Shown here: positions 13,060-25,602 of the stretch, piece by piece
Layout of the letters: each line of letters begins with the position of its first letter
Position numbering within the stretch: position 1 is the first letter of the stretch
NCBI GenBank assembly: GCA_964016885.1
Contig: OZ024743.1
Span: 9,610,001 to 9,674,000 of the forward strand
Length of the DNA: 64,000 nucleotides
DNA from: Eledone cirrhosa
Lineage: Eukaryota
Direction of reading: 5' to 3'
Translations under genes and position numbers: made by a program
Notes under the pieces: generated by a model
Seen by the model: only the letters and a program-made list of their open reading frames with translations
Database searches by the model: none
What the model was told of the DNA's origin: nothing

Positions 13060-13740
13060 GACACTTTCACTCACTCACTCTCTGCTATTCCCCTCTTTCA
13101 CTTCCTCCCACTTGATCTGTGTGAAATCCTTTTCTCGCTTACATCTCACTCGGCTCGTTCGGTCTGTATCTCTCCTCGTCTATGATTTGATCGAACTTAA
13201 GTTCACAGATATCACGGACTTGTTTCTCCTCTTTCCGTTGCATTACCACCTCTGTTTGTTTACATATCTCGCTCGCTTCACCCTATTTTACGTGTCCCAA
13301 TAACTTTTTTTAGTTATTGCTCGCACCAGCCAGAGGTATATGATCTTTAATGCGAAGAAATACCAATGACAGTTGGAAGATCACTGATGACGCACTAATT
13401 TTTATTCATATGTATCCCATTTGCAACACGCAGCACGCCATTTTTCATATATATATTTATATTTTTACCTCCGCTGTGACCTGTCCGTTTCTTTCTTACT
13501 GCTTCCCTTTTCTCTGTATCTCTCACCTTCATTTTACCCCCTCTGCCAGTCACTCTCTCTCAGCTGGCCTCCTCCTCACACTTTCACTCACTCACTCACT
13601 CTCTGCTACTCCCCCTCTGCTACTCCCCCTAACTTTTTTTAGTTATTGCTCGCACCAACCAGAGGTATATGATCTTTAATGCGAAGAAATACCAATGACA
13701 ATTGGAAGATCACTGATGACGGACTAATTTTATTCATATA
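13060..13740 (+). repeat. Partly tandem non-coding repeat (direct repeat 13301-13410 / 13631-13740), pLTR-like; related copy at ~59238-59310
   Basis: Direct repeat with 330-bp spacing containing gatcaCTGATGA; ends at (TA)n. No GAAA half found. Confidence 0.55.
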
Positions 13741-13754
13741 TATATATATATATA

Positions 13755-14722
13755 TGGGGAGGGTTATATTTGTGAATATTGCCAGAATTAATAACAGAAC
13801 ACACTCACTGTTTGGTTGGTTTTCGCTTTTCGCTTCTGTGTCTTTTATATTGGTTAATTTAATTTATTCGCTCCTCAATGTTGCCATTGACTGACCAACG
13901 GTCAAAAATACAGATACAATATAGACACAAACACATACATATAGTCTATCAAAGTTCTTTCGTTGCACATCTGCAACAACATCAGTGGTGCTATTGTTTC
14001 CTCCCGTTGCATTGTACGTCTACGCCATCTTTATTTAGTCTGTTTATATATTTATTTATTTATTTATTTGTTTATTTTTTTGCGCATGCGTTTGCGTGTG
14101 TGTATAGAGTTTTGTTTGATGTGTGTTCGTGTTTGGGTGACTGTGTATTGGTTAATGTATTCTATCTTACTAGTGTGTGTTTATATGGGTTTGTTGTTAT
14201 TGTGCTTGTGTATTTATTTATTTATTTATCTATTTATTTATTTATACTTCTCTTAGGTCAGTGTTGTTTGTTTGGGTGTTGTTATTCCATTCATTTTTTC
14301 TGTTTAGCCTTGGTCTTCTAAATTCTATTTCACTGGCCTTTCTGATTTGCCTATCTGCTGGGTCATTTCTATGTTTAGATATTCTAATTTCTATGTTGTC
14401 TATGTTACCGTCGTGTTGTTGTCTAGCATGTTTGTATAGTAAATAAAGATGGCGTAGACATACAATGCAACGGGAGGAAACAATAGCACCACTGACGATA
14501 TTGGAGATGTGCAACGAAAGAACTTTGATAGACTATATATATGTGTTTGTGTCTATATTGTATCTGTATTTTTGACCGTTGGTCAGTCAATGGCAACATT
14601 GAGGACCGAATAAATTAAATTAACCGATATAAAAGACACAGAAGCGAAAAGCGAAAATCAACCAAACAGTGAGTGAGTTCTGTCATTAATTCTGGCAATA
14701 TTACACAAATATGACCCTCCCC
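13755..14722. mobile_element. PLE 3'-end fold-back: ~280-bp inverted arms around a 3' UTR-like spacer
   Basis: 13755-14038 is the reverse complement of 14440-14722. It shares the aagatggcgtag...CTGANGA...GAAAGAACTTTGA block with the GIY-YIG-linked unit at 38185. Confidence 0.78.
14488..14529 (+). ncRNA. Hammerhead-like motif, GAAAGAACTTT variant; mirrored at ~13946-13987 (-)
   Basis: CTGACGA-[stem II, gttgca/tgcaac in the mirrored arm]-GAAA-gaa-CTT-tga; weak stem I. Confidence 0.45.
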
Positions 14723-14790
14723 AAGTATAACAATATTTGTTTCGACAAACGATTTCATATCAAAAACCTCGCAAAACTAATTCATCGCCG

Positions 14791-14852
<62 letters not shown>

Positions 14853-14938
14853 GTGGAAGGTAATATCCGTAGTGGTAGAGCACTAAGTCCAAGGGACGAG
14901 TTAGATAGAAGTGGTCACACAACAGTTAGTTCACCATA

Positions 14939-14978
14939 CCGAGAACAATTGTTTCACCTTCGCGGATCTTCAGCTCGG
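14939..14978 (-). ncRNA. Minimal type I hammerhead inside a pLTR-like fragment (~14850-15170, minus)
   Basis: Minus strand ccgag-CTGAAGA-tccgcgaaggt-GAAAC-aatt-GTT-ctcgg; 5-bp stem I, palindromic stem III (acaattgt). Confidence 0.8.
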
Positions 14979-15174
14979 GATGTATATGGTTATAGGAACA
15001 GGAAGGACAACCGTACGAACGCGCATGCGCAGAAACTCGGTCACTTCACACAGGCAATAGTAGACTGCGTGCGGGGGTGTAAGGGAGCTAACTGCGAAAG
15101 TCCTGAAAGTTTTCTGGTTGAAAATAAAATAAAAAAATTTAAAAATAAAATTACAAAGAATCAGTCCGGAGCCT

Positions 15175-15415
15175 TGTAGTTATGTAATAGATGTTTGGTG
15201 ACGTGTGGACAACGTGTGAAAAATTCACTTCTCATGTTTAGGCAATCACTATTGCGTAATCTCTTTAGGAAAGCCATCACTAAGTCCAACGTGTGGCTTA
15301 TGTATTGACGAACGAATAACTATCCTAAAGAGATTACGCAATAGTGATTGGCTAAACACGAGAAGTGAATTTTTCACATGTTGTCCACACGTCACCAAGT
15401 TATTGCGTAACTACA
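15175..15415. repeat. MITE-like or fold-back element with ~95-bp imperfect inverted arms
   Basis: tgtagttatgtaata...ttggtgacgtgtggacaac...ctctttagga mirrors tcctaaagag...gttgtccacacgtcaccaa...gcgtaactaca. Confidence 0.7.
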
Positions 15416-15491
15416 TATATATATATATACACACACACACACCTGCTATGGTTCTTTGGCTTCAAATGAAATGGAAGGTAGCATGTGTTGT

Positions 15492-15566
15492 GTGTTGGTG
15501 TAATGGTAACATATTGTATTGGTTCGGCAAACCAAAAGTGTGGGTTCGTGTCCCACGGATGTCAGT
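15492..15566 (+). other. tRNA-derived head (SINE relic or tRNA pseudogene)
   Basis: A-box tggtgtaatggt and T-arm gtgggttcgtgtcccac; no valid acceptor or anticodon stem; T-run downstream. Confidence 0.45.
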
Positions 15567-16979
15567 ACGCATCTTTTTTTTTCCCCATTCGGAGTGTATT
15601 TTAAAATCCCAACTAACAGACTAATTTTATTTAGTCGAATACGGTGTTCGCACATCTTAATACCTAATATATATGTATGTATATATTTATACCAAATACA
15701 AAAGTAAAGTCAACTGTATTAAAACTACACATTTTCATCGACAAGAAAGTAATTTCAATGAATTTGAAAATGTAATTTTGGAATATATAGTATATCCATT
15801 GAGGGGACACTGTAGTCATGGATATACTTCTCCCATTTGTTAATAGCATATTGGAAAATTACTGTTATAATTGACTACTTATAAAGATCGGCAATTCATG
15901 CGCTCGGCTTAATGTTTCAAACTATTTTTGAATACATGTAATGACTAATAAGGAATCTTTGATCGAAAATACTATATACTATTTACATTAAAATATTCTT
16001 AACATGTTTACAGTTTGGCTTAGCTATCGTTTACTAATATTCATTTCCTCAATATTGATATCCAAGTTTCATCCATTTAAACCGATAACTTGCCTGTCGT
16101 GCAGCTCTGGTCATCTCAGACAATTCCCAGAAAGTTGTTATCTGGATTTATGACGTGTAACAGCCTTTAAACGAATTACTATAGGCTTAGACAAGGTACA
16201 GTTTATTCAGCTGAACTTCTGTTCTTGAGTTGCTTGGAGGCTTGAGTAGCAGAGTTTACTTATAATATGGAGCACCTTCGAAGCAATTTGATATGCCTTT
16301 CTAAGCTTACTATGAATGAATTTAGTAACTTGAAATTATAAAGTCTTTGGAGATGGTAAGGTTAACGGACTAGTATGACACGTGATCAGTTAAGGTGTAG
16401 GATATCTATGGTTTTCTCGTCATTGTGGGGAAGGCCATCACTTTTGTATTTGGTTTTTTCCATTAACAGAAACGCTTGTGTATCCGCGATTCCCTACTAC
16501 AACAGAATAATATTGCCAGAAAAGACCAGATTGGAAGTAGCCTACTAGTTCACTTTTGTATAACATTCAGCTAAAGCTGGACACATTTCTCTGTATCTTC
16601 ATTATACATTAATAGGTCAGTAGTAATACATGATTATTGCAAGTGAGCGCAACTTAATTGGTGTTCCATAGTTTAGCTCTGTTGTCCGCTCACACTTCTT
16701 ATTGTCGAGGGATCCGTATCTCCTCATTTGTAGTATATCATTTTGTTTCTGACAACTCTGGTTCACAGTCGATTAAGGTATTTCCGCTTTGCTTAGCTTC
16801 ATGCGTACGATTTATTGCTAATTCTATTGATGCTAAGGAAGTTAGCCTATTATATCTTTACTAAATCATTCGTTTTTGTGCCAGTCACGATGGACGAGTC
16901 GCGTTTAAGAAAACATTTACTTGACTTTAGTTCATAATAACAGGTGTATGGTCGAACGAACGAGATTGTTCCTCTGTTT

Positions 16980-17099
<120 letters not shown>

Positions 17100-17241
17100 A
17101 TATATATATAAATTTATTAAAATAACAGATTTTAGTCTTCAAATTTATTATTATTGCTATATATATATATATATATATTTGAGCACACGCATTAACACAC
17201 GCACAACGACACACACACACACTCACACGCACAGAGAGAGA

Positions 17242-17312
<71 letters not shown>

Positions 17313-17343
17313 GCACATATATCTATATATAGGTTATTATGTG

Positions 17344-17444
17344 AATCCCGCCGAGGTTGACTTTGCCTTTCATCCTTACGGGGTCGATAAAATAAAGTAC
17401 CAGTAATGCACTCGGTAATTGCTGGCCTAAAGTAGAAACAATTA
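17344..17444 (+). mobile_element. 5'-truncated SINE (same family as 12311)
   Basis: aatcccgccgaggttgactttgcctttcatcc...gtagaaacaattat. Confidence 0.85.
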
Positions 17445-17661
17445 TGTGAGTAACTTGTGGTTACTAGCAGCGACGCTGTTTGAAGCACTCGGTGCTGTTA
17501 CCTGGTCCATCTCTTGTTGGGTTGTGCTCCAGGTTTAATGTGGGTGTAGTTTGCAGAGGGTATATGAAGTGACAATAAGAATTGCTGACTTTTGTAAACT
17601 TTATCTTACATCGTAATATGAAATAAAGTTTACATAATGCTGCAATTCTTATTGTCATTAT

Positions 17662-17704
<43 letters not shown>

Positions 17705-18372
17705 AACCAGTAAGACCCCGACAGCTGAGCTCAAGCCGTTTCGACGGCTAATTCTGGACTAAGTGAAAATTTATCCTGGTATTTAAATAGCCGATCTTCT
17801 CAAGGGGTAATTCCATATATGGTCAAAGTGATTGTCAAAAATCAGTAGTAATTCTGTGGTTGCAAATTAGTAGGGGAGATGGTGGCTAAACCTGCCAGTA
17901 GGAGAAAGAGGGGAGGGGGTGGAGTAGACCCAATCAAGCGTTGGTAGTGCCAGCTACAGCTGGGCATGAGGTCAAAGAAGATACAGGGGAGGGGGAGGGG
18001 GAGGAAGTCGGAACGGTAGGTAGAACAATGGGGGGCAGAAATAGGAAAGAAAAAATACTGAGAGTGAAGAAAAGCAAATAAGTGTAAAGAAAAAAGTAAA
18101 GTAAATTAAATTCTACGACCTAGGTGTCAGGCTATTGTTAGGCGAGAATAAAATAAAGAAAGAAAGAAGTAAATAAATAAATAAATAAATAAATAAGGAA
18201 ATAAGTAAAAGAACTAGGTGGGACGGGATAGGCAAGGACCCTTTTAAGAGGTATAAGTACGTAAATGATACGGTGACGGGTCAACAAAAGGGGCCAAAAT
18301 ACTAAAGAGACTACCAAAATACTACAAAAACTCCGTAGCAACCTAACAGAGTATGATAACACAAATGACATC

Positions 18373-20190
18373 ATGGTGCATTCGGATAAAACTGGGAACC
18401 TATACTTTGTCAACCCTGACAGATACCACACACTGATCAAGAACAGCCTAAACTCCACCTATAAAAAGGCCAACCACTCTTGCATCGAGGACATAAATCG
18501 AGATGGACAACAAATCACCTCCAGCCTCGGGGTCGCCGACCGCACGGAACCTCTAGACCCACGGACACCATACTTCACACTGAAGGACCATAAATCCGAT
18601 TTTGACCGTAAACCCTCTATCAGGCTTATTAACCCAACGAAGTCCGACATAGGGAGAATCAGCAAAAAAATCCTAGACCGCGTGATACCAAAAGTCAAGC
18701 AACACACCCGACTTAGCCTATGGATCAACACCCAGGAAGTAATCTCCTGGTTCAGCAATATGGAGGATAAACGAGAAACTAAATTCATACAGTTCGACAT
18801 AGAGAGCTACTATGCTTCAATCACCTTACCGCTACTTACTGCCGCCTTGGACTTCGCCGAAACACTCGTGCCCATCACCGACCAGGAAAGAAAAATCATC
18901 CTCCACGCCAGGAAGACAGTCTTACTCTTTGACAACTCTAAATGGATAAAAAGAGCTCCCGACTCACCCTTCGACGTCAGCATGGGCGCCACGGATTCGG
19001 CGGAGGTCACTGATCTTATAGGATTATTCCTAATAGCCAAACTCACTGATATGTTTCCTGCATTCGGTGGTGGATTGTACCGTGATGATGGGCTCCTTAC
19101 CCTTAAAGGGTACAACCCCAGTAGTACAGATCGGGTCCGGAAACAATTAATCAGATTCTTCCGCGACTGGGGATTTAAAATAACCCTACAAACGTCCCTG
19201 ACCCGAGTAAACTTCCTGGACGTAACCCTCGACCTCGAAAACGACCTGTACTACCCATACAGGAAACCTAATGACAATCTGCACTACATCCACCGCCGAT
19301 CAAACCATCCTAGGAACATCACAAACAACCTGGTCAAAAACATCTCCCTCCGCATATCCCGTTTGTCAGCTAATGAGCGGATATTCGATGAACATGCGCC
19401 TTATTACAACCAGGCCCTCAAGCGGAGTGGTTTCCGGGAGGAAATATCCTACTGTCCAGCTCCCGTTAGCGGAACCAGCAGGAGACACCGCCGCTCACGC
19501 AATGTAACATGGTTCAATCCTCCCCACAACGCAGAGGTGACTACTCCCATCGGGAAACTATTCTTTAGGCTCATTGAAAAACACTTCCCATTACAACACC
19601 GCTACCACAACATAATTAACAAAAATACCATCAAACTCTCTTACAGCACTACACCAAACTTCGCACAAAACATCGTCTCCTCTAACAACAAAAAACTCAA
19701 CCCCGATGGCAGAAATAACCTAAATAGTAGCGGAGAACCGACCAGGAGGTGTAACTGCCCGGATAGATCTATTTGCCCACTCGACAATAGATGCAGAGAC
19801 CGTAATGTGATCTACCAGTGCAACGTGGGGACGGATACCTCCAACAAAGCCTATATAGGACTTACCGCATGTGACTTCAAGACCCGGCTATACCAACATA
19901 GACATACCTTCCGAAACCCGGCCCGGCGTCACGCCACTACACTTTCGGGCCACATATGGGACCTCAAGGACAACAACATCACCTATGATCTCACTTGGAG
20001 ATTACTGTCCAGAGCCAATTCTTACACGGGAGGACGCCGTCCGTGCAATTTATGCTCGGAGGAAACTTTACAAATGCTGTTTTCGACGGACCAACTCCTA
20101 AACAAGAAAGATGAACTGGTTACTGCATGTAAACATAGATTGCGTAGGACTTACCTCGCCCTCAAACCCCATAATGACCCGGGGGGGTAG
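18373..20190 (+). CDS. PLE reverse transcriptase plus C-terminal GIY-YIG endonuclease; frame open back to the inversion junction at ~18320, true N-terminus lost
   Basis: DKTGN, QFDIESYY, MGATDSAEVTDL, YRDDGL, FLDVTLD, WFNPP, CNC..CP...C, VIY...YIGLT...FKTRLYQH; 605 codons without a stop. Confidence 0.92.
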   Translation: MVHSDKTGNLYFVNPDRYHTLIKNSLNSTYKKANHSCIEDINRDGQQITSSLGVADRTEPLDPRTPYFTLKDHKSDFDRKPSIRLINPTKSDIGRISKKILDRVIPKVKQHTRLSLWINTQEVISWFSNMEDKRETKFIQFDIESYYASITLPLLTAALDFAETLVPITDQERKIILHARKTVLLFDNSKWIKRAPDSPFDVSMGATDSAEVTDLIGLFLIAKLTDMFPAFGGGLYRDDGLLTLKGYNPSSTDRVRKQLIRFFRDWGFKITLQTSLTRVNFLDVTLDLENDLYYPYRKPNDNLHYIHRRSNHPRNITNNLVKNISLRISRLSANERIFDEHAPYYNQALKRSGFREEISYCPAPVSGTSRRHRRSRNVTWFNPPHNAEVTTPIGKLFFRLIEKHFPLQHRYHNIINKNTIKLSYSTTPNFAQNIVSSNNKKLNPDGRNNLNSSGEPTRRCNCPDRSICPLDNRCRDRNVIYQCNVGTDTSNKAYIGLTACDFKTRLYQHRHTFRNPARRHATTLSGHIWDLKDNNITYDLTWRLLSRANSYTGGRRPCNLCSEETLQMLFSTDQLLNKKDELVTACKHRLRRTYLALKPHNDPGG

Positions 20191-21293
20191 ACTAGGGCTA
20201 TAACACTCCACTTGCCGATTTTGCAATGGGTAACCCCTGCTTGCCAAGGAAGACGTAAGATCTTCTTTGTATTCTTTTATCGCTTCCTTTATTTCCTTCC
20301 CCCCTCTCTCCTTTGTCCTTCTACCCCAGCTCTTCTTCTTTGTCGGCGTCTTTTCTCGCCCACCCGAGGCTGCCCTTTGGCCCCATGTAGCCTTAGTACC
20401 CCCACCACCCCCTCCCCTAGTCTATGATAGATTTGGCGGACTCCGCCCTTTATAGCAGTTGGCTTAGACCCCGGATACTTGCCCCCTTTTTCCGACCGCT
20501 CCCACTATTCTCTGTGCCCTCTATATTTCTTAGTGGCACTTATGCCTTATTTTTTCGTTTCAGTATTTCTTGCTTCGCTTTTCTTCTGGGCGGGGTGGAT
20601 TCTGAATTTATTTTTCCGTATTCTACCTTTATTTCGTACGAACTTTCATGTAGCTTGTTTTAGATCTTTTAGAGTTAGCATTAGTATTTATTTTTCTCGG
20701 GACTCAGAATTATTATCTCGTACAAGTTCACTTTGCTGCACTGGGTCGTTGCTGGCCCGGGATGGAAACCTTTATTGTTTATTTCTTGGTAGTCTCTTTA
20801 GTATTTTGGCCCCTTTTGTTGACCCGTCACCGTATCATTTACGTACTTATACCTCTTAAAAGGGTCCTTGCCTATCTCGTCCCACCTAGTTCTTTTACTT
20901 ATTTCCTTATTTATTTATTTATTTATTTATTTACTTCTATCCTTCTTTATTTTATTCTCGCCTAACAATAGCCTGAAACCTAGGTCGTAGAATTTAATTT
21001 ACTTTACTTTTTTCTTTACACTTATTTGCTTTTCTTCACTCTCAGTATTTTTTCTTTCCTATTTCTGCCCCCCATTGTTCTACCTACCGTTCCGACTTCC
21101 TCCCCTCCCCCTCCCCTGTATCTTCTTTGACCTCATGCCCAGCTGTAGCTGGCACTACCAACGCTTGATTGGGTCTACTCCACCCCCTCCCCTCTTTCTC
21201 CTACTGGCAGGTTTAGCCACCATCTCCCCTACTAATTTGCAACCACAGAATTACTACTGATTTTTGACAATCACTTTGACCATATATGGAATT

Positions 21294-21387
21294 ACCCCTT
21301 GAGAAGATCGGCTATTTAAATACCAGGATAAATTTTCACTTAGTCCAGAATTAGCCGTCGAAACGGCTTGAGCTCAGCTGTCGGGGT
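21294..21387 (+). ncRNA. Hammerhead-like motif with non-canonical core; mirrored at ~17715-17808 (-)
   Basis: acccc-TTGAGAAGA-tcggcta[...]tagccgtc-GAAAC-ggct-tgagctc-agct-GTC-ggggt. Stems I-III form, but CUGANGA is altered. Confidence 0.55.
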
Positions 21388-21478
21388 CTTACTGGTTCCT
21401 ATTACCCACTCTACTACCTCAAGTATTGAGTACTTTGGTGCGTTATGGTCCACCTGGTTCCTTACCACATTTCCTTCG

Positions 21479-21514
<36 letters not shown>

Positions 21515-21622
21515 CTTTAATCTGTTATTTTAATAAATATTTGCTCTTCGGTTCTTATATATTTGATATATATTTTCCTTATCGAGCCCTCTCTGGATTT
21601 TAGTCTTCAATTTTATTATTAT

Positions 21623-21727
<105 letters not shown>

Positions 21728-21747
21728 AATGTATATATGTATATATG

Positions 21748-21801
<54 letters not shown>

Positions 21802-21804
21802 TGC

Positions 21805-21838
<34 letters not shown>

Positions 21839-21882
21839 GTATATATATGTATATATGCATATATATATATATGCATATATAT

Positions 21883-23890
21883 CTCGGACCATAACTTAGT
21901 AGAACTAATGATAGGTAGTCCGAGAGAATCAACAGAGACACAACCACCAAGAAGCACCCGGACCTTATACAGCCACAACTTCTACAAGGTTAACTGGAAA
22001 AAGATCAAGAGAGAAATCCGGAAGCAAATATGGAGCGACAACATCGCCACACAAGACACCAACACACATTTGTAACACTTCATGATAACAATACAAACTA
22101 TATGCCAAAAGTTTGTCCCGGAGAAAAAGGCCAACAGACACACAAATCTTATTCCCAGAGATAGGAAAATCCTTATGAGACGAAGAACTAAGCTCCCAAA
22201 CCAGTTGAATGCACAACAAAAACTAACAAAAACAAGAAGGAGTCCTATTTGAAACGTGCACTACTTGACATCGAGATTTCACGAGGATTTCTTTGATGCC
22301 ACAACACTTCATGAAAAGATGGCAACCATCAACCACATAGACATAGCGGAGGAAGTTGTGGTATACGCCATAGATAATATTAGAACAGACTCAGCTGCTG
22401 GACCTGATGGATTCCCAGCAGTCCTTTTAAAAACATGTAAGCGGGCCTTAGCACTCCACTGACGACGCTCCTCAGAAGTTCCTTGGCTAGCTACCCAGGG
22501 AGCTGAAAGAAGGCACAATATGCCCTATCCATAAAGGAGGCAGCAGAGCGGAGGCAAAAAACTATAGGCCAGTCTCCCCGACGTCACATATCAGTAAGTT
22601 CATGGAGCGAATCATCAGAAAGAAACTGATCACTTTCCTTGAGGAAAATGACCGCCTGACTAGCACGCAGCATGGCTTTCGCCCAGGAAGAAGCTGCCTT
22701 GCACAGCTGCTACATAACTACGACTAGGTACTGAAACAATTGCTAGACAGCGCACATGTGGACGTGATATATCTTGACTTTGCGAAGGCCTTTGACAAGA
22801 TCGACCACGGAATGGTATTTCACAAACTACACAGACTCGTCATAACTAGAAAAGTAGGTGAGTGGCTGCATGACTTCTTAAAGGACAGAAGCCAGACAGT
22901 TGCAGCAAACGAGGCCCTCTCAAAGGAAACATCAATAACAAGTGGGGTGCCCCAAGGCACAGTCCTGAGACCACTACTGTTTTTGTTGGCTCTCTCAGAC
23001 ATGCCTCTGTAGTACATACAACATCCCTCATGCTATGCTCATGACACTAAGGTAGCACAAGCAATCAAAAACCCGGCTGATACTGCCCTTTTACAACAAG
23101 ATCTGGATGCCATATACAAATGGGCGGAAGACAGCAACGTGCAGTTTAATGCTGGCAAATTCCAAGCCCTACAATATAAAACTTGCAAACACAAATACAG
23201 TACAACTTAGTTACACTGGACCAGGAGGGACCGAAATTCCCGTGTCGAAATCGATACGAGATCTGGGTATAGACAGGAGCGACGATGCATCTTTTTTCTC
23301 ACACATGAAAGTGGCGACAATGTGCAGACGACTCGCTGGCTGGATCTTGAGGACTTTCCGGACGAGAGACTGAGAGAGCATGTTGACACTATGGAGGACA
23401 TTTGTCCTAAGCCGCCTAGATTATAGCTCCAAGCTGTGGTCACCCCATAGTGTCAAACTAACCACGGAGCTTGAGACAATCCAGTGAAGCTACACCAAGA
23501 GGATTGGCATTGGGAACTGGACCAACTCCCACACAGGACGTCACTGTGTGGTGCGAAAGGTCCCGTCTTCCACATCTAGAATAAGGAGCAGATATTGCAA
23601 TAGCCTGGGGTTCAAGGGCCCTCAACTATTCAACAAGTTGCCGAGGGATCTGAGAGATCTGCACGTTGTTGAAGTGGATGTCTTCAAGAAACATCTAGAA
23701 ACCTTGCTATCCAGGATCCCGGATGAGCCCACAGTAAGGCACGAGGGAAACCTAAGGGCAGCAGCAACGAAGTTCCTCTTGCACCAGTGGCTAACCGAGA
23801 CAGGCTGGAGATAAAATGTGGAGAAACAAGGGCGGTGCCCCAGCATGGCCTCAGCCGGATGGCTGGCACAGGTAAAAGAATAAAAGAATA
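21883..23890 (+). mobile_element. CR1/L2-group LINE, 5'-truncated and decayed
   Basis: SDHN (APE end), AGPDGFP, QHGFRPGRSC, YLDFAKAFD, SGVPQGTVL, YAHDTK, LFNKLP...IPDEP; many stops; (aaaagaat)-like tail. Confidence 0.85.
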
Positions 23891-23902
23891 TATATATATA
23901 TA

Positions 23903-24061
23903 TAACGAAGGAAGTGTGGTAAGGAACCAAGTGGACTATAACGCAGCAGAGTCCACGATATTTAGGGTAGTAGAGTGGGTAATAGGAAAAGAGTCAGGAC
24001 TCCGGCCGTTTCGACAGCTTGATCTGAACTCAGATCTAGCCGCCGGGGTCTTGACTCTTTT

Positions 24062-24064
<3 letters not shown>
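23903..24064. repeat. Short fold-back fragment of the 17701-family pLTR tail in (TA)n; similar pieces at 33540-33702, 34905-34968, 50473-50665, 52378-52487
   Basis: Shared ttacccactctact...ggttccttaccac...cttcgtt and gaaacggc..gagctcagccgtcggggtc blocks. Confidence 0.8.
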
Positions 24065-24112
<48 letters not shown>

Positions 24113-24173
24113 GTGAGGCTTTTTTTTACAAAATGAAAAATAACCGAGGTGTCCTACACGAGTGAAAGTATAA

Positions 24174-24264
24174 AGAAAAAGAGATGAAATCGAAAATGCA
24201 ACTGGAGTCTTATTTTTTTTAAAAGTAAGACTCCAGTTGCATTTTCGATTTCATCTCTTTTTCT
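24174..24264. repeat. Near-perfect ~90-bp palindrome
   Basis: agaaaaagagatgaaatcgaaaatgcaactggagtctta / taagactccagttgcattttcgatttcatctctttttct. Confidence 0.85.
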
Positions 24265-24395
24265 AAATATATTAGGGTAAATATTGATGCAATTCAATTC
24301 AAGCACTCAACATACTTTTTCCACATAGGAGTGACGGAGTAAATATCGAATAAGGAAAAGCGAAGTAGTTTCAGATGTTCAAGTCCTTTAATAAT

Positions 24396-24578
24396 AATTG
24401 TTTCTACTTTAGGCACAAGGCCAGCAATTATCCAGTGCATTACTGGTACTTTATTTTATCGACCCCATAAGGATGAAAGGCAAAGTCAAACTCGGCGGGA
24501 TTTGAACTCAGATCGTAAAGGGACGTAACTATGCTGGAAAGCATGGCGTCCGACCCTCTAACGATACTGCCAATCCAC
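24396..24578 (-). mobile_element. tRNA-derived SINE (short variant), 17-bp TSD
   Basis: TSD agtcctttaataataat at 24382-24398 / 24579-24595. Confidence 0.9.
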
Positions 24579-24871
24579 AGTCCTTTAATAATAATGCTGT
24601 GATATATATTGCAATGACGACACTGGCCACACTGTTCTGTGTGCGAGTGTCGTGTCATCATCAGACAGCTTGTTACATAATAAGGTTGTTTCCGAGGCAA
24701 TCCAAATTGAATCGACATGGGAACGGATGAAGTTCGTGCTTTTGGGTTTTTCATCCGTTCCCTTGTGAGTACCAATTCACCCCCACCGGTCTGCGCAAGC
24801 GCATGTCCGAAGGAAGTTGACCATTAGCAGCGCAGATTTCAACGAAATTCGCTGTCAGTGGCCCACCTATG

Positions 24872-24906
<35 letters not shown>

Positions 24907-24913
<7 letters not shown>

Positions 24914-25279
24914 TAACAGATTAAAGTTTAAGCAAAGAATCGCTGCTTTCACCCTTAACGGGATCTTCTGAAACTAACAAAGTCAATCTGTAAACGCACA
25001 ACTGGATATTTCAAAAAACGTTGCAACCGGAGGAAGACAGGAAGACGATACTTTGGTTCGTGGAAACGTGCGCTGGCTAAGAACGGGAAAAATATCCAGT
25101 TCTGCGTTTACAGATTGACTTTGTTTCAGAAGATCCCGTTAAGGGTGAAAGCAGCGATTCTTTGCTTAAACTTTAATCTGTTATTTTAATAAATATTTGC
25201 TCTAGGGTTCTTATATATTTGATATATATTTATCCTTATCGAGCACTCTTTGGATTTTAGTCTTCAAATTTATTATTAT

Positions 25280-25285
<6 letters not shown>
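24907..25285. repeat. pLTR-type fold-back in (TA)n; tail also at 21510-21628, 17115-17160, 37680-37710
   Basis: 24907-25010 mirrors 25089-25190; unpaired tail to 25285. Confidence 0.85.
25123..25170 (+). ncRNA. Hammerhead-like motif with CAGAAGA core; mirrored at ~24926-24975 (-), relative at ~26168-26215
   Basis: gttt-CAGAAGA-t-ccc-gttaa-ggg-t-GAA-AGCA-gcgattctt-TGCT-T-aaac; stems I, II and III all pair. Confidence 0.55.
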
Positions 25286-25318
<33 letters not shown>

Positions 25319-25512
25319 AATATAAATTCGCGAGAATCGTATTTCGGCTATTGGAAATTAGCGAAAAACAACTTCCGAGATGTGTGGCAAGCGCTCCATA
25401 GAAGCTAGTGAACTAGAGCTACAACATAAGTTAAAAGGCCAAACACCCTGAGACGATGGTTAAACCATTATCCGCACAGCCATAGAAGCGACCAAGTAAT
25501 TCGGGTCAAACA

Positions 25513-25571
<59 letters not shown>

Positions 25572-25602
25572 AAAGAATAGAGGTGTAACACACAAGTTAT
25601 TA

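Larger units (their letters stand above)
17701..21480 (+). mobile_element. Penelope-like element (Naiad-like), 5'-truncated, with an inverted pLTR arm; flanked by (TA)n on both sides
   Basis: 17701-18317 is a near-identical reverse complement of 20786-21401. Internal RT-GIY-YIG ORF; hammerhead-like motif in the pLTR. Confidence 0.93.

Noticed and set aside
13378-13730. Hammerheads at gatcaCTGATGA (also ~59243)
   Set aside because: No downstream GAAA/NUH half; at most a remnant.
15492-15566. Functional tRNA gene
   Set aside because: Only A/B-box and T-arm similarity; no cloverleaf.
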